Source: Phoronis australis (lineage: Eukaryota; Animalia; Phoronida). From it: a stretch of DNA of 64,000 nucleotides. The DNA lies in assembly GCA_002633005.1 (NCBI GenBank), contig NMRA01000002.1, positions 70,804 to 134,803 on the forward strand, in the 5' to 3' direction. The stretch's first letter is position 1, and every line of letters starts with the position of its first letter. The notes below the pieces were generated by a model. That model saw only the letters and a program-made list of their open reading frames with translations. It was not told the origin of the DNA and made no database searches. Shown here piece by piece: positions 38,001 to 51,800 of this stretch. The position numbers and the translations under genes were made by a program.

Positions 38001-41000
38001 CGGATTTAGGGGGGGCCAGGGGGCCCGACCCTCTCCCTCCCCCTTGGCTGCCGCAAAAAAGTAAAACAACAAGAGTGTAAGGAAATGTTGATTTTATTAA
38101 TTAATCCCGGTAATTAACATTATACGGCTGAAACGAGATTTAAATGTGTGCAGTTTTAGTGTGTTTGGTGGGGTTCAGATCCAATTTCAAGTGTCAGATT
38201 CGGAACACGGCGCAATCGTAACGGATACCCCAGGCGACCGGCAGTGGCGCTGAGCACTACGACTCCGTTTATGTCGTCTGCTTCACTGTGCAATAACTTC
38301 ATTTTTTAAAGAAAATGGAATCTGAGTGAATTTTAATCAAAGCCTTTGTGAATCACTCAGAAACTCATAATTCTCTCTTTGTCAAATCTTAACGATTTCC
38401 AAAGCAATCGCGTCATTATGCAAAAACAAAAAAACGGATTTGGTCTTATGGGCAATTGAAGACTATTTTAAATACAACAAATTTGTTACGAAATGACTGC
38501 AAAAAATATAAAAAGTGCAATAAGCATTACAAAAAGAAGTAGGTTTCGCGCGCAAACGCTGTGGACCATATACAAGTAAGTCTCCTACTATCAAATTACG
38601 AGTTAAATCGTGCTGGTGCAGTGGTAAAGCACGCGCGCTCTATCCGTCAGGTCGTGAATTCCCCCTCCTGACCTCTCCCCATTCGGTGCTATGCGCATCT
38701 ACAATTGTGCTTTGCGCAAATGATTACAGACAAAATGTTGGCCCCCCTAGATCTAGCGTGAAAAGTCGTGCCTCTGGTACAATAACGGATGGCAAGGCGT
38801 TGCGTTTGTGGTGGTTGTGACACGCTGTGGCTCTTTTCACTTTCCGTCGCACATCAGAGAAGCGCTGACATGACTATGTTTGTGCAAGGGACAAAACCGT
38901 GCCACAGGCTATGCTAGCGCCCTCTGTGATCTGCTCTGATCATTTTGAAGCATCTCGTTTTGATGAATCTGTCTTTAACCGCTTCAGTCTGGGGTATTCA
39001 AGGTGTACTGTGTGGAAAGCATTACAAATTCCAGCCCCATGTGCCCTTGACCACTAGCTTTTTGCTATGTTGCTCTTCCACTAAGTGTGTATGTTATTAT
39101 AACTTCTTTTGTTCATCCTCGCCACCATCGTCGTCATATTCGCTTTCTTCGTCATCATCTTTATCGTCATTTTTTTGGTTCATTTCGCCAAGCTTCGATC
39201 CTCGGAGCGCTTTCATTGTTTGTTTACCCCCNGCAAGTTGCTGGCGACGTTTTTCTTGATTCAGACTAAATTGTTATATATTGGCTTCTACAACTAGCAA
39301 AGGGTAATTTTATATCGCTGGGAGATCCGGGGGCGTTTATGTAACTTACTACCAGACGCCAAGGCGCGTTTAAGAGGTCAGATGTGTGATCTTGTTTTGC
39401 ATGCAGTTGAACAGGTCGATGTTTGGGTTGGTTTTGGAAATCTGAGCAGTGATTTTGTGGCCACTGATTTATAAACTATTTCTGGTTTTACTTGTAGAAA
39501 GGGAACTGATTGTGGTTCAGATTTAGGGATTTCACAGTGGCGGATCTGAGATATCACAAGGGGGGCCCAACATTTTGTCCGGCTGTAAGCATTTGCGCAA
39601 ACTGAACCACTATTGTAGATGCGCATAGCACCGAATGGGGGGAGGTCGGGAGTGGGTTGCCCCCCTCCCGCTCAGGAAATTTTTCTGTTTTTACCTCTAA
39701 ATTCAAGCATTTTCCTTGATTCCTGAAGTATTATCCAAGAAAAAAAGGGGAAAAAAAAAACAAAACTCGGAGAACGTGTCAAACAGGAAAAACTGAACGT
39801 ACCAAAGATTCGAACTCANCAAACCTCATACTAAAAGACCTACTTGTTTATGGTCCACAGCGTTTGCGCGCGAAACCTACTTCTTTTCGTAATGCTTATT
39901 ACACGTTTTATATTTTGTGCCATCAATTGTTAACAATTTTGTCGTATTTAAAATCTTCAAATGCCCAAAAGACCAAATCCGTTTTTCGTGTTGGCAATAA
40001 TGACGGGATTGCTTTGGAAATCGTCTTAAGTTAAGGTTTGACAAAGAGAGTGTTGCAAGTTTCTGAGTGATTCACTTAGGCTTCGATTAAAATTCACATC
40101 TTACCAGCAGCTTCTGTTTTTTCATCGTCACTCAGGTTCCATTCTCTTTAAAAAATGAAGTAAATTTTGTTCATTGCACAGTGGAGCAGACGACGAAAAC
40201 GGAGTCGTAGTGCGCAGCGCCACTGCCGGTCGCCTGGGATATCGCGGGAGAGCCTATACTTAGCCATAGCTCCGTTACGAATGCGCCGTGTTCCGAATTT
40301 GACACTTGAAATTGGGTTTGAGCCCCTCCCCCCAAACACTAAAACTGCACACATTTAAATCTTCTTTTCATCCGTATAATTTTAATTACCGGGGTTAATT
40401 AGTAAACTCACCATTTCCCTACGCTCTTACTGTTTTATTTTTTTGCGGCAGCCAAGGGGGGGGGGGGCGGGCCCCCTGGGCCCCCCCTAAATCCGCCTAT
40501 GTTTCATGAAACCTGCAACGCAAGGCCCGCCAACCAATTTCTCAGATCCGAGTCCCCGTTGATCAGCTGGGTGACCCATTTCTGTTCATGGTGGATAGAT
40601 GAGTGGTGCTGTTTTTGTTTTGTTTCTTGACTATGTAGGATTATGGGTTGTCACTCGCACGCAGTCATGCAATACTTGACAAAACTGCACTGTTGTAATC
40701 AAACTGTCTCTGATTGTTCGTTTTTCTAGCAGGTAAATTCATGCGTCACTCCCGCGTCCGTGGAGCTGAGAAATTTCTACTAAAGTCGCTTTCTTCTGTT
40801 TTCTAGTTTTGGGGATATTGAATAGACGATTGTGATATGCAGTGCTATACAGGAAGGTTAGATGATGCTCACAATGTAGTCACTTGTCACAACTAGGGAA
40901 ATGGTGGTTTAAGCCGCAAGACATCCGTGTTAAGGCCGTCTTGTTCACCTCGTATACAGATGGTCCCTGTGCAATTATGTTAATAATTTTTATCTCCGGA

Positions 41001-42484
41001 TGACAATTGTGCGGCGTGAAACGCTGGAGGCTGTCCTTCTTATTCAGGATATGTCGGTCTTAATGATGCAAATATAAGCATTCATGAAATCAGTTTGTGG
41101 TTTGAGGTCATTTAATGGTTAAAATCCCTCAATGTCCCACCCATAGTCGTGTGGCACTCAGGAAATAAAAAGATTAAAACAATACATACATTTGGAGGGA
41201 GATCAGCGATCTGAGCCAAAGCCAGAGATTGTGGGATAACGGTAAGCGCCACTGTCAACCCAGCTAGAATGTCACCGAGTAAATGGCGTGGTCTGAAAGG
41301 AAAAAACATCTTACTGGTCCATCAAAACATTTTAAAACTCTGGCCCTAAAAGAGTTTTTTTATCATCTCAAGTCTTGCAAGGACTAAAAGCCGTCACACG
41401 ACACTGGCATCGTTCAAAGTTGATATTCGTCGGAGTGGGGCTTGCGCATCGCATAATTTGCACACCCAATCAAACTCCTTCGTAATATCAACAAATATAT
41501 AGTCCTCTGCGTTGACTGTAGTACTTTAAAACAACAGATTCAGTGCAAAGCCTTTAATGAGGAATACCACTTGGGCTTCACTGATCAATACATCTCACCA
41601 TTTAAACTTAAATTATTTGAGTGACATGAAAAGCTTCAGGTTATGTTTCATACCTTTCCTCAACATTTAGCAAAATCTGTAAAAGAAGTCTACTTCATTA
41701 TAATGAATGAGACCTTTCACCTTTGTATTTAAATATATGTGGTATTGGATGTGACACTAACCATAAGGGTTTAGTACACTTATATTAATTGGACTGTCAT
41801 TGTTGTAACTTATAATTTCACTTGTCACTTTAATAAATAAATAAATAACAATTTGACACAGATTTGATAATGGTAGTGGTTTAATCATAAGTTAGCTCTC
41901 ATGATTGACATTTAGGATACGCAATTGTGTACTACGAGTAGAAAAAATCGTTTTCCACATCATAAAGGAGGCGTGTTTCTATGCTTCCCATGCGATAATC
42001 ATCGTTTTCAATTTAACCAGTCAAGCCACTCTGAACAAGTGTACAGATGCAATCCATTTCGACAGGATTAGTCAAATATCCTCCTATGATTGGTCTGCTT
42101 CAGCTTGAGACCGCTTTTTACAGATCCTCTTCGCCGTTACTCAAATCGATCACATATTCTTTTCCAATTCGTTTTGGCGATAGGAACCAATTGCTTTTCA
42201 AATTAACCTATTTCAAAACTTACATGTTCAGACCACTGAGTGTCCCATATGACGTCACATTTTAGTTACAGCATATACAGCGTGATAACACAACACTCTA
42301 GTTATACTTCAACATACCTGTACTTAGGTAACCATATTGTTATAGGAATCTTCTTCTTCACGTTCTCAACAGTACACACTTTCTTCAAACCAGAACCAAC
42401 TGACTCCTCTAGCTTGAGACCAAATTTTACAAAATCGTCTTTGGTCTGGCTCAAATCAAGTTTTGAGCGTTTAATATTTTTCAT
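23055..42484 (-). CDS. SLC26A11: SLC26A11-like anion transporter, paralogue B (~640 aa, 16 coding exons, TM8 E->Q, short C-terminus)
   Basis: Minus-strand exons: 42484-42318, 41292-41190, 35711-35507, 34558-34473, 33489-33410, 33244-33190, 32441-32336, 31180-31005, 29795-29723, 28165-28054, 27580-27384, 27063-27005, 26414-26262, 24275-24164, 23482-23349, 23159-23055 (1923 nt, in frame). Intron positions and phases match paralogue A, and 11 of 14 internal exons have identical length. AATAAA lies ~20 nt after the TAG. Confidence 0.92.
28978..29240. mobile_element. ~260-bp MITE, CATGCGCG termini, 5-bp TSD (copy 1)
   Basis: TIR CATGCGCG(T/C)ACCCAGG, flanked by AGCCT on both sides. Homologous to 48360-48610 and 59405-59665. 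Confidence 0.85.
29287..29351. repeat. 25-bp tandem repeat (TAGACAGACTTTCTRTCTAGYACTR) x~2.6
   Basis: Directly visible tandem units. Confidence 0.85.
32001..32115. repeat. Imperfect palindrome (22-bp perfect core)
   Basis: TGGCGTAGATGAAGTAATATCC (32022-32043) vs 32070-32091, extended by AAATACAAAACGTACC arms. One arm recurs at ~31680-31725. Confidence 0.8.
33920..34060 (+). mobile_element. Probable SINE 3' remnant
   Basis: TGTATGCTCCCTGGGAGTTGAG core and GCGCTACGTAAATCCGGC..TTATTGTTATT tail resemble LINE-derived 3' ends of invertebrate SINEs (recognition only, no search). Confidence 0.4.
37995..40501. mobile_element. ~2.5-kb foldback-type element with long inverted arms and an internal THAP-domain relic
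   Basis: CATAGGCGGATTTAGGGGGG at 37995 and its reverse complement ending at 40501. Inverted homology continues 37995-38580 vs 39840-40501 and 38660-38755 vs 39550-39655. No clear TSD. Confidence 0.8.
38789..38990 (+). pseudogene. Degenerate THAP zinc-finger coding sequence (transposase-type DNA-binding domain)
   Basis: Across frameshifts it reads MARRCVCGGCD / SFHFPS / SVICSDHFEASRFD, matching the THAP pattern M-x3-C-x4-C...F-P...C-S-x-H-F. Confidence 0.7.
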
Positions 42485-45085
42485 TTTAGCACCATATGTT
42501 GTGAAGATTCCCTATGTAAGTCCTATACTCCCCACGGGCTCGTGCAGTTCATGTCTGTCAACCTGGAACTCTAAGGGATGAATGTCCATTGGCATGTGGG
42601 TTGCCTTAATAGACCCTCATGTTTTCTGAATTAGAAATGCAATTATCGGTTGCATGCTGACTAGCGTTCTAAAGGTCTCAAGTTTCTTGCGAGATCACGC
42701 AAGACCACGCAAAATCGCGCGAGTGATAGGTTAGTGTTTCGCTAGGATGCTATTTCATCAAAAAATTCACTGGGGTTTTTTGTTTTCATTAATTAACGAA
42801 GATATATCGTCGAACATACAAACTAGTGGTTTGGGTCTAAGGAACGCATTCCTAAAGAACAAAAACAAACGTGACACCACTTTGTCCGTCACGACTCCTC
42901 TGAAGCTTCGGGCTCCATGTACAAGGTTGCATGAAACTAAGTTCTAATTACATCAATTGGACATGGAAAAGAACATGTTTATCAACTTCAAAATAAGCAG
43001 TGATACAGCGAGCAAAATATCCACGGGTTGCAATAACTCATAGAGCCATACGTGTTGTTATGTTTTCACTGTAAAAAGCGCACTTAGGGCATTTTTCTGA
43101 AGTTATGAGCGCCACATGATAGGGTGATTGGGAGCTACCATTCCACACAGTTTTTTGTAGAACTAGTAACCAGAAATGAAATACTAAACCAACAATTTGG
43201 CCACAGCTACAAATATTTTGTAGGTGTAATAAGAGATCGTTTACTTTTTTTAAAAATGCCTTAAGGTTATGTAGGACCCAAGAAAAATCCAAACCTGGCA
43301 AACGTCGGAACATCATATCTCAGAAATGGTTGATAAGATTTATGTGGAATTTTCAGATACCGTGCTTAACGTACTGTTCTTCGAAACGCAATTAGGAATT
43401 GTTTTAAAATGTTAGACTTTTACACGAGGGGCTTCCAAATAATCAAAAGTTGCATAAAAGTGAGGTTTAATTATTTTCAGAAGTTGTTGTGTGGAACGTA
43501 AGACTGAATTTTTGCCTTTTGAAGTCATATTTCATGAAACCATAGATTATAGTAAATAAAACGGACCCCGGTTCAGTAATAATACACTTGATAGAGACTT
43601 CTAATCTCTTTGCAATGCCTTGATTTAAATAAAAACTGAGGATATATATTGCTTTAATTGGTGATGAGACTGAAAACCTGAGGATTCCGTTGGTGGGGTC
43701 CAGATAACAAAGGTAAGAATGCAGTTGAGCAGGTCACAAGGTCAGGTCCACTGGACAAAAGTCGCCATGTGAACATTGCTTGTACAGTCAATGAGCGTTG
43801 AAAATCAGCATTATGCTCCTATGTTTATTTTCCTTTAATTTTGATGAATGCGTGATATTTACTACCCTTGAACATAAACACCAGAAAAGGCCCTTCGAGA
43901 ACGTGCCGCCCTTTGTTATGGCTGTATTATTCTGCTCTGTGAACACTTGAATATTACAAATGTTATCTTGTTTATCACTTAGCACATCTAAACAAACCTA
44001 TTTACGCCACCTTATTTTTTCAATGGAAGGATAACGAGAACGATGCAATTCTGCTGGCAACTGTGGGCGGCTTGTGTAAGCCTACTTCATATGTGATACT
44101 CGGTGGTTAAAGACAGAACGGTGTTACTTTTTATGGGTGATCAAAGATTTGAAGTCCACATCCCGATGGGTATGCTCAGAAATTGTGAACATTTGGGTTT
44201 TTAGATTGTGCTATGAAGATAACAAGCACGCGGCTTCCGTAAAAGCAGCCACGGATCCAGTTTTTGAGCAAACCTTGGATCACCTGTAATATTACAAATT
44301 TGTTTATTCTGAATATTTTAATATTCTTAAAAGATTGATATTTATGAATGTATTCTGTATAAAACAAACAAGTGCCTTGAAGTGACGATACCTCTTTTAA
44401 CAAACTGGTAATCAAAAAAGGAACTTGGACAGAAAATTTTGTCGCGAACAAATTGTTCCTGTACAGTTGAGCCTGGCCATAACAAGAAGTCCATGGATCT
44501 TGCATTTTAGCACCAGGAGTGACTGTGGATTGCATTCTAGATATTTTCTCTGGTATAGCCATAAATTACTGTTCCCCAATGATTGCCACACTCTTAATTG
44601 TTATTGACTGATGGTGAAGTGCTTATCTCTTTGGTATTATTGCTAGTGATGTTTGTGTCATTCAATTGGAATGCTGACTGAATGTTTCGTTCTTAAAGAT
44701 GTATGCTTCTAACTATGCTAATGTATAGCATGAATTAAAACGACAATGATATTTTAACATAATCTATCTAAACAAAGTGCAGTTGTATACAATGGCAACT
44801 TGTAACTGTGAAAACAAAAAATCTGCGAACAAGTGACCTTTGCACTAATGATGTACCTCGAGAGCTCACATAACCCGCATCGTGCAGTGTTATTCCCCAG
44901 CATCACGCCACTGGACATGGTTCAGTGATTTGCAGCGGATCATTTTTGCCACAAAATTCGTTCTCACTAACATTTGGCAATTTTCAACCTACTTCATATT
45001 CATATTATCGCTGTATGTTGTGTTTCTGACTAATTTAGCCAAGCAATCACAGAGATAAGAAATTAACTTGCATGCTCCACTTTAA

Positions 45086-45790
45086 AGGTACTCCTTCCAC
45101 TTCATTTTAGTTTCAACGCCAGTAAGTTAAGTCGAAGTCTAATCGCAAATAATGCTCATGTAACACAACTCCAAATAATGGAAATTAATATGATTTTTAG
45201 TTTAATTTTTATTTTTGGTGGTGCACCACGACCTAAAATGACACGACTGCCCCGGTGCAAGAGAAGAGACAACATAATCCGAGTGCTTTTTCACTCAAAT
45301 TCCAGAAATTCAGGTTAAAATATGTCATTTGAAAATTTCCACTGGTCTGAAGGCTACCTGGATTCGCGACAAAATTTAACACACCAACGAAGAGGTGCTC
45401 CGGACAATGGCGGCACTTCCGTATCCGAGTAGACAAGAGTGAAGGCCGCCAAATTTCAAAACAACTTCAAAGAACTTCTGAATACTTTTCGTGGTAATCA
45501 CTTCCCATTTAGACCACAAAACTGCCATCAAACCAGAACCATCCCATTTTCTTCATTTCTTGGGGGACCTACAAAAGCCCAAACCGTGGTTTTAGACCAC
45601 TGCGTATTCTCTCTGTGTATTCCGCCATATTCAATGACGTTTCCGAGGAGACCCGCCCACTTGAAAAAATCAGTAAAAATAAACACAAACATGGCTGAAA
45701 GTTACGTAGTGTTTGTATTTGGGTAATATCTTTCGACTGGTGAAAGTCATTTTGAATTCTAGAATGGTGACTATAAAGAATAGGGTATCT
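45086..45790. mobile_element. Possible old TTAA-flanked non-autonomous element
   Basis: TTAA|AGGTACTC ... GGGTATCT|TTAA degenerate TIR. Internal AAACATGGC/CCCGCCC core resembles that at ~6690-6720 in the 5978-7931 element. Confidence 0.4.
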
Positions 45791-48359
45791 TTAAACTATA
45801 GCCAAGGCTTAATCTTTTCGCAGTTTTGCGAGGAATTTGTCGACCGACAATCGCTATCATGATAAATGAAATACCATCATTTATTTCTAATTATTGCCAA
45901 CACACACAGCTCCACGCTGAGTTTATTAGTGTAGTATTTGCATTTTGATAGATTCTGTTCTGCATTCTCAGGGCGCACTGATTTCAAACAATTTTGCCTA
46001 AAGATTTTAATTAATGTTATCTGGTCATAGCCGCTATGAGCAAGCTTTATGCAAAAGAAACTAATTTTTATTCAAAACACTTTCTGACTGGAAACCTTTT
46101 TGGAGTGGGCACTTTGTGATGAAATCCCAACATCGCATTAGATTCTGCTGTTTTATAACTCTGATCAAAGCAAACACGTTTAAGGAAAAAAAGTACCCAA
46201 AATTAGTAATGTCTTTTCAGTTCCAGATCTGGCCAACTCCAAAAATTTGGCTAGCCAGCCAGTCATGACTCTCGTACAGTTTGCACGCCGGTGTGCGCCT
46301 TCACTCCGTCATCCTTTGAACCACGACCAATCCAAAGGATCCGGTCCAGAGATAATTAACATTGTTTCTTTATATACTGTGAACTCGTGTTCACACCGGC
46401 ATGTTATGACAGGGTAATTCTATCTAAATCTCTGATCAGAAACACACATTCGAATACGTCCTCAATTGTAAGTTTTAAGTGATTTTTCGTTATGACTGAA
46501 GTTAAGTGCCATGACTACCAAAATAAATAAAGCCGACGACCTCTGTTTTAATATAAAACCTACTTAAAACGCATCTAATGAATTAAGTATAGCAATTATT
46601 ATTCCTTACAAGAGCAAATCATGATTGCCGCCATTGCCAGCAGCATAACCTTTCCAATAAAGGTTAGCCATGACTACATGGATATGAATATTCATTATAA
46701 GCATTTTTGATGCTGATGGTATTGCTTAAGTGTTGGGGAGTGTTCACATATTACGTCATCACTCGAGGGGGACGAGGAAGTTTGGAAAAGATGACTATTG
46801 ATGGCAGAGGAGAGGAGGTGCAAGACTCATTATGACTTCATCATCTTTATAAGAACATCTCTATCTCAGTTCAGTACATATTTATGGGAAACTTGTTCAC
46901 CTAGCGAAATGAACTAATTCTAAAACCTGAACCTGCCGTTTTACGCTTCCAGGCCTTGATATTTCACTAGGTTCACCTTTTGAACATGTACACTAACGAC
47001 AGCCTCACTCCATCACTGCCTATCGCCAACAATCATGACAAGGCATTACCAGGAGGTCTAGTGACGCGCGTGGTCATGTTTTGCAGGGGAGGTGAGGGAT
47101 TTGCATTGTGAGCTTATTAAGCACATGCAGTGTGCGACGTAATTTGTTTTTTCTTTTTTGTATTTTAAATGTAACAGAGTTATTCTACCTTGTTTTCATA
47201 CTATACCCCAAGTTTCATTGTTAAATCTCAATTTTTGTTTCCAGATTTCCTGGAGACTAGCCACAGAGTAACAGAAATTGACATTGTTGTAACTTAAATA
47301 TTACCAAAGCAACGCGAAACTTTGAAATACGCCCACGACTGCACTACAAATGGGGTGTTTTTGGTATCATTAAAATAACCGTTAGATGACGTCGAAGCCT
47401 TCCGAAACTCGGAAGGCGTGGTCTCTCTAGTACATAACTATTCGCCAAACTTCATGAAAATCCGTTAGGGAACGTACAAATTAAAATCGCTAACAGGGAA
47501 CCCAGTGGCAGGCACAGTCGTCCAAAAAGTCGCGTTAGTCAATTTTCCATGCCTCTTGTAAAAATATGTAGAGCCAATTCTATACCACAAGTTAAAAAAA
47601 TAGCTAAAATTGAGAAAAAGTATCAAATCATTTGGTATGGAAAGGCTTTTTCCTTATTCCCAAATATTCAATATGTCTACTCTTGTTCCAATACCCACAA
47701 ATTAGTTATATGTATTTAATTTTATTTTATTTAAAGAGGCCTGGAACGAGAAAAACAGAGTGGCTCTCTGTCACTGAAACAGGATTCTAGTTGCTCACCA
47801 GGTATTTTTACGGTTTGTTCCTAAATTTCTGTGGATGTCAAAGCATTTTTCTTTTAGTTTCAAATTTCAAAAAAGAATCTGTCAACCGTTCAACACTTTG
47901 TCGTTAGCCATAAACGTATGTGTAGTAGTCTGTTGGCATGTCAGTAGCTTAGAGGTGACCTGTAGTTGGAGCACCACTTCGCTAGCAAAGTATAGAGGTG
48001 CAAGAGATTGAAAAATATCGAAGAATGACTGCTGCCCTAGCCATCCTGGGCATTTGAAAGTGGTGTGTTTTAGTACATATTGAGGTGTCAACATGTATAT
48101 ATAGCAGGTTGTCTGACAAGGTTTTTATTTCATTTGTTAAAATTATCATCACATTTTCTTACTTTTAGCAGTGCGTGCAGATAATATATGGCATTGCAAA
48201 CGATTTTCCATGAGTAATGTTAGAGAATTTTTAAATTTTGGTGGTGATTCATTCATTCTTTATTCAGGACATTTGAATGACAAACCATATGCACCACAAA
48301 GTAATATCAACTGAGTGCCAGTTGAATGTCTGCTGGTCTCGTGTAATGGTACTTAAATT

Positions 48360-48610
48360 CCTGCTCGCACCCAGGGGGGCTCGAACGAGCCTCCCCCTAT
48401 TTGGCGAAGTGGGCCAAAAAGCTCCGCCTGTGAGAAACAAAAAGACCGAGAAAATGAGACGAAAGTCCACTAAACAAGCACAAACGTGCATTTCATTGTG
48501 GTGCGTCCGTACTTTTTTTTTAAGTCCGCCGGCTATTTTGTTACCAAAAGGTCTGCAACGTTAGGAATTCGAGCCTCCCCCCCCCATATTGAAGGCTGGG
48601 TGCGCGCATG
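48360..48610. mobile_element. ~260-bp MITE, same family (copy 2, opposite orientation)
   Basis: CCTGCTCGCACCCAGG...GGGTGCGCGCATG with flanks AAATT/AAATC. Ends 280 bp upstream of the Ig/Sushi gene ATG. Confidence 0.78.
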
Positions 48611-48890
48611 AAATCTAAGACGTCTTGATAAAATTAGGAATATAAAATTGTGAGCGAAAGTATGACCGTAAAATTACGGGGGTACACCTTCTTCCGAGCT
48701 CAGATGACCTAAAAACCATGGGGTATAACGATTAAGGTCGTACAACACGAGTGAAGTCCCGGTCGTAATTACTTTTTCCCAACGGCCCACGATACAATAC
48801 TGCTATTACGTGTCAAAGATTTGGGGCACGTGACACGTGTAAAAACATGCGTGAAAGTCAGACTTCTGGCTCAATTCAAATGCCTACGAA

Positions 48891-51800
48891 ATGGCATTCC
48901 CTTTTATGAGTGTGTTCCTGATCTTATTTTTCCAGTGCGTGGAAGGACTTAACGCAAGAAGTGAGTAAACTAGCTTTTATTACCAGTGCTGTAGTCGTAA
49001 AATTATAGGTAAGTAGGCGTCTAAAGCCCACCGTATCACCTTGAACACTGAACGCAACTTACGGTGCGTAGTCGCTACGTCCAAAAGCCAAAAGGTGGTT
49101 GGCTACGCCTACGTGCGCCTACGCCCCAATGCAGCACTGAGCCGATTTTCTATTGCGCCCGCTATTGAAACATCGGGTGTTTAAAATACTACGTGAGAAA
49201 ATACTTTCCCAGTTACAGCCGAAATCTACTTGAGGGATCAAAATTATTTTGGGCAAACAAAATAAAGTGATTAAGAGTGAACTGCACGAGCGAATCCAGA
49301 GGGGTATTCCAAAGAGTGCGTATCCTCAGGTATCACGACTGTGCACCCATTTACGTAAATTGTAATACTGGAGCAAAATAATGAACGAGTTTTATCGAGA
49401 GCTTCTGTTATATGAGAACAGTGTGTGTTCGGAGATTGGATTCAGCGGCTAATTTGCTCCAAACGTTTGGGACGTACAGTCTACAGGACACTATTAGGAG
49501 TACTAGACGATGCTTCAAAACGTTGATATCGCTTGCACTGAGGCCGAATGCTTGGGTGTAGTTGGGGGTGGTGACAGTTGCAATGGAGTCAGCTTGCAGT
49601 TATCGCACAGCCTAAAGTTTGCCATCAAAAGAGCACAAAACAGAAAACTCACCCACTTCACTTTGTCTCCATTCTCATACTGACATCTCTCCACTTACGC
49701 TCCATGGCTGGAACGTCTGTCCTGTTGTCCTATCCAGACCGCCCTCGCATACCTGCGGTCTTATTCAGAGTTCCTCACCTTCTGTACTACGTGATCTTCT
49801 CGTACTATCTTGAAGGTCACATTCTTGGCTATGCTATTCGTAGAATATTCTAGCCCATGCCTTCCGCTACGCAACGTTCCTGCGATCTATCGGTGCTTTG
49901 TCCTGCTCTCAGCCTTTTTATCTCAGTGCAGATGTGGAACTCCAGTTTCTTCCAGTTGGTACTTCGCCGCTGCTGTACCCGATGACTTAGTCCTCAGGAT
50001 CACATCGGGTCACGACAGTTCTAATTTGGGTAGCCTTGTACTCTTTTGCAATTGACGAAACTGGCAGAATTACATTAGTTGATGAGCTTACAGACCAACG
50101 CTACTGAGACTTGGTGGTACTCCCATCCACCGTCGCAGGTGTCAGGTCGCTGTTCATTTCTCCATCGTATCAGCCGCTGAGCACGTAACCTCATACACTA
50201 AATGTGGCCACAATAACTTTGGCAAGCATACTCTGCAAAAACTTGTTTTATGTTGCTATTGTTCCTGCCCCTGCAGACCTCACTCTGAGGTACACTCGAT
50301 GGTGCTCGGAAATCTTTGCACATTTCGCATGCATTGGCAGTTTCTCAGCATAGCTTTTTCAAGTGCCACAAGTTTTTCTGACAGCCAATAACTAGCAAAT
50401 GTACTCGTAAGATTGTCCTGAAAGTAGTGCATCTCACTCAGTTGACGTAACGTTGCCACGAAATTCAAAATTGTCTACCTTGCTGACGTGTGAGGAAATT
50501 TTAGAGGAGCACGATCTCGCTCGGTTGTGGAACGAAATGACCGGACATCTCAACACTTTAATAGAGTCGGCATACGTGATAATTAACCGAAGAGACCGTG
50601 CACGGACATAATAAGCAGTGCCCGATTCTTAATGCTATCGCTGATATTATTGACAACAACATGCACTTATAAAATCTCTATCCACACGCCAGAACACACG
50701 TTACCGTCAAACCGAGGCACTGAAGTCGTAACCTTTTCCTCGTCACTGTGGGCGGTGCACCAGAGGGGGGCTGGGGGCTATAGCCCCACTTTTTACAGTG
50801 CTGCGCCACCCATGAGCAATAGTTGCTGTGCAATGAACAGGGGCAAATGCAAAATTGAAATGGATTTAGACTCTGAGGGGCCTTTCTTGCCCGTTGCTAC
50901 CTCACTGTTAAGGTATATAATACGTAGTGTGTTTTCTTTCTTTTCAGTAATAGTCATGAGGCCTAATTATATAAAAGTTAGGCAAGGGAATGAGGCGACG
51001 TTCCGCTGCAGCCTGTTAAGCGACAATGCTGTCGTAAGTGCTTTATCATGATCAACTAGTGGAGGAATGGGAGTCATAAACGTTCTTTAAAAAAGTCTCA
51101 GTTACGTAACTATTGTGAGCCAAACCTGAGCATATAAATCTTTAGATGAAATGTCCTCAGCCATTTTGTTTGACTCTTTACAAGGAAGCAAAGACGTGTG
51201 ACATTTTTTCCTTTTTCACACTTCCAAGTGTTTGTTGAGTAACACTCATTGACTTAACAATCGGAGGACACTGGGTAGTTTTTGATCAACTGTAAAACAG
51301 TTGTGCTTGACAAGGCAATCCAGGCATTTCACTAAAGCTGCATTCATACGAGCATCTTAAAACATTTTGAGTAAAAATTGTTTCTAAATTTTTCGTGTGA
51401 AAGCAAACTCAAAAATAATTTTAATCTCAAACGTTTTAAGTTTTTAAGTTTTTAATGCCATTTCCAATACATTCGGTATTATTCCAAACTTCATCTGCAC
51501 TCGAACGTGGAGCGTATATAAAGATGCCGATGATTTTATCATTAACCTGATAATTTTCAATGCCAGCTAAGTTTTCAGAAAGTCCACCCCAGGGACAGTT
51601 TCCGTTCTATTACTTACCCACCCCCCCCCCACCCCCATATAAAGAAAAAAGTATTCAAATTATGGCAGTAGAAGCCAATTGATTTTCGTCACAGTTGCAA
51701 ATTGTTGTGATATATCACCAGCTACCCGGCTGATCAACGAGACCGAGATCCAAGGACAGAAACTAACTTCATTAATAACTCGAGTCCACAATTTCGAGTT

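Noticed and set aside
38608-38665. tRNA-like A box (TGGTGCAGTGGT)
   Set aside because: No complete cloverleaf or good B box. At most a SINE-head relic inside the foldback element.
49590-50260. GC-richer intronic block, possibly a decayed retroelement (AVWI motif on minus strand)
   Set aside because: Too degenerate to assign without a search.
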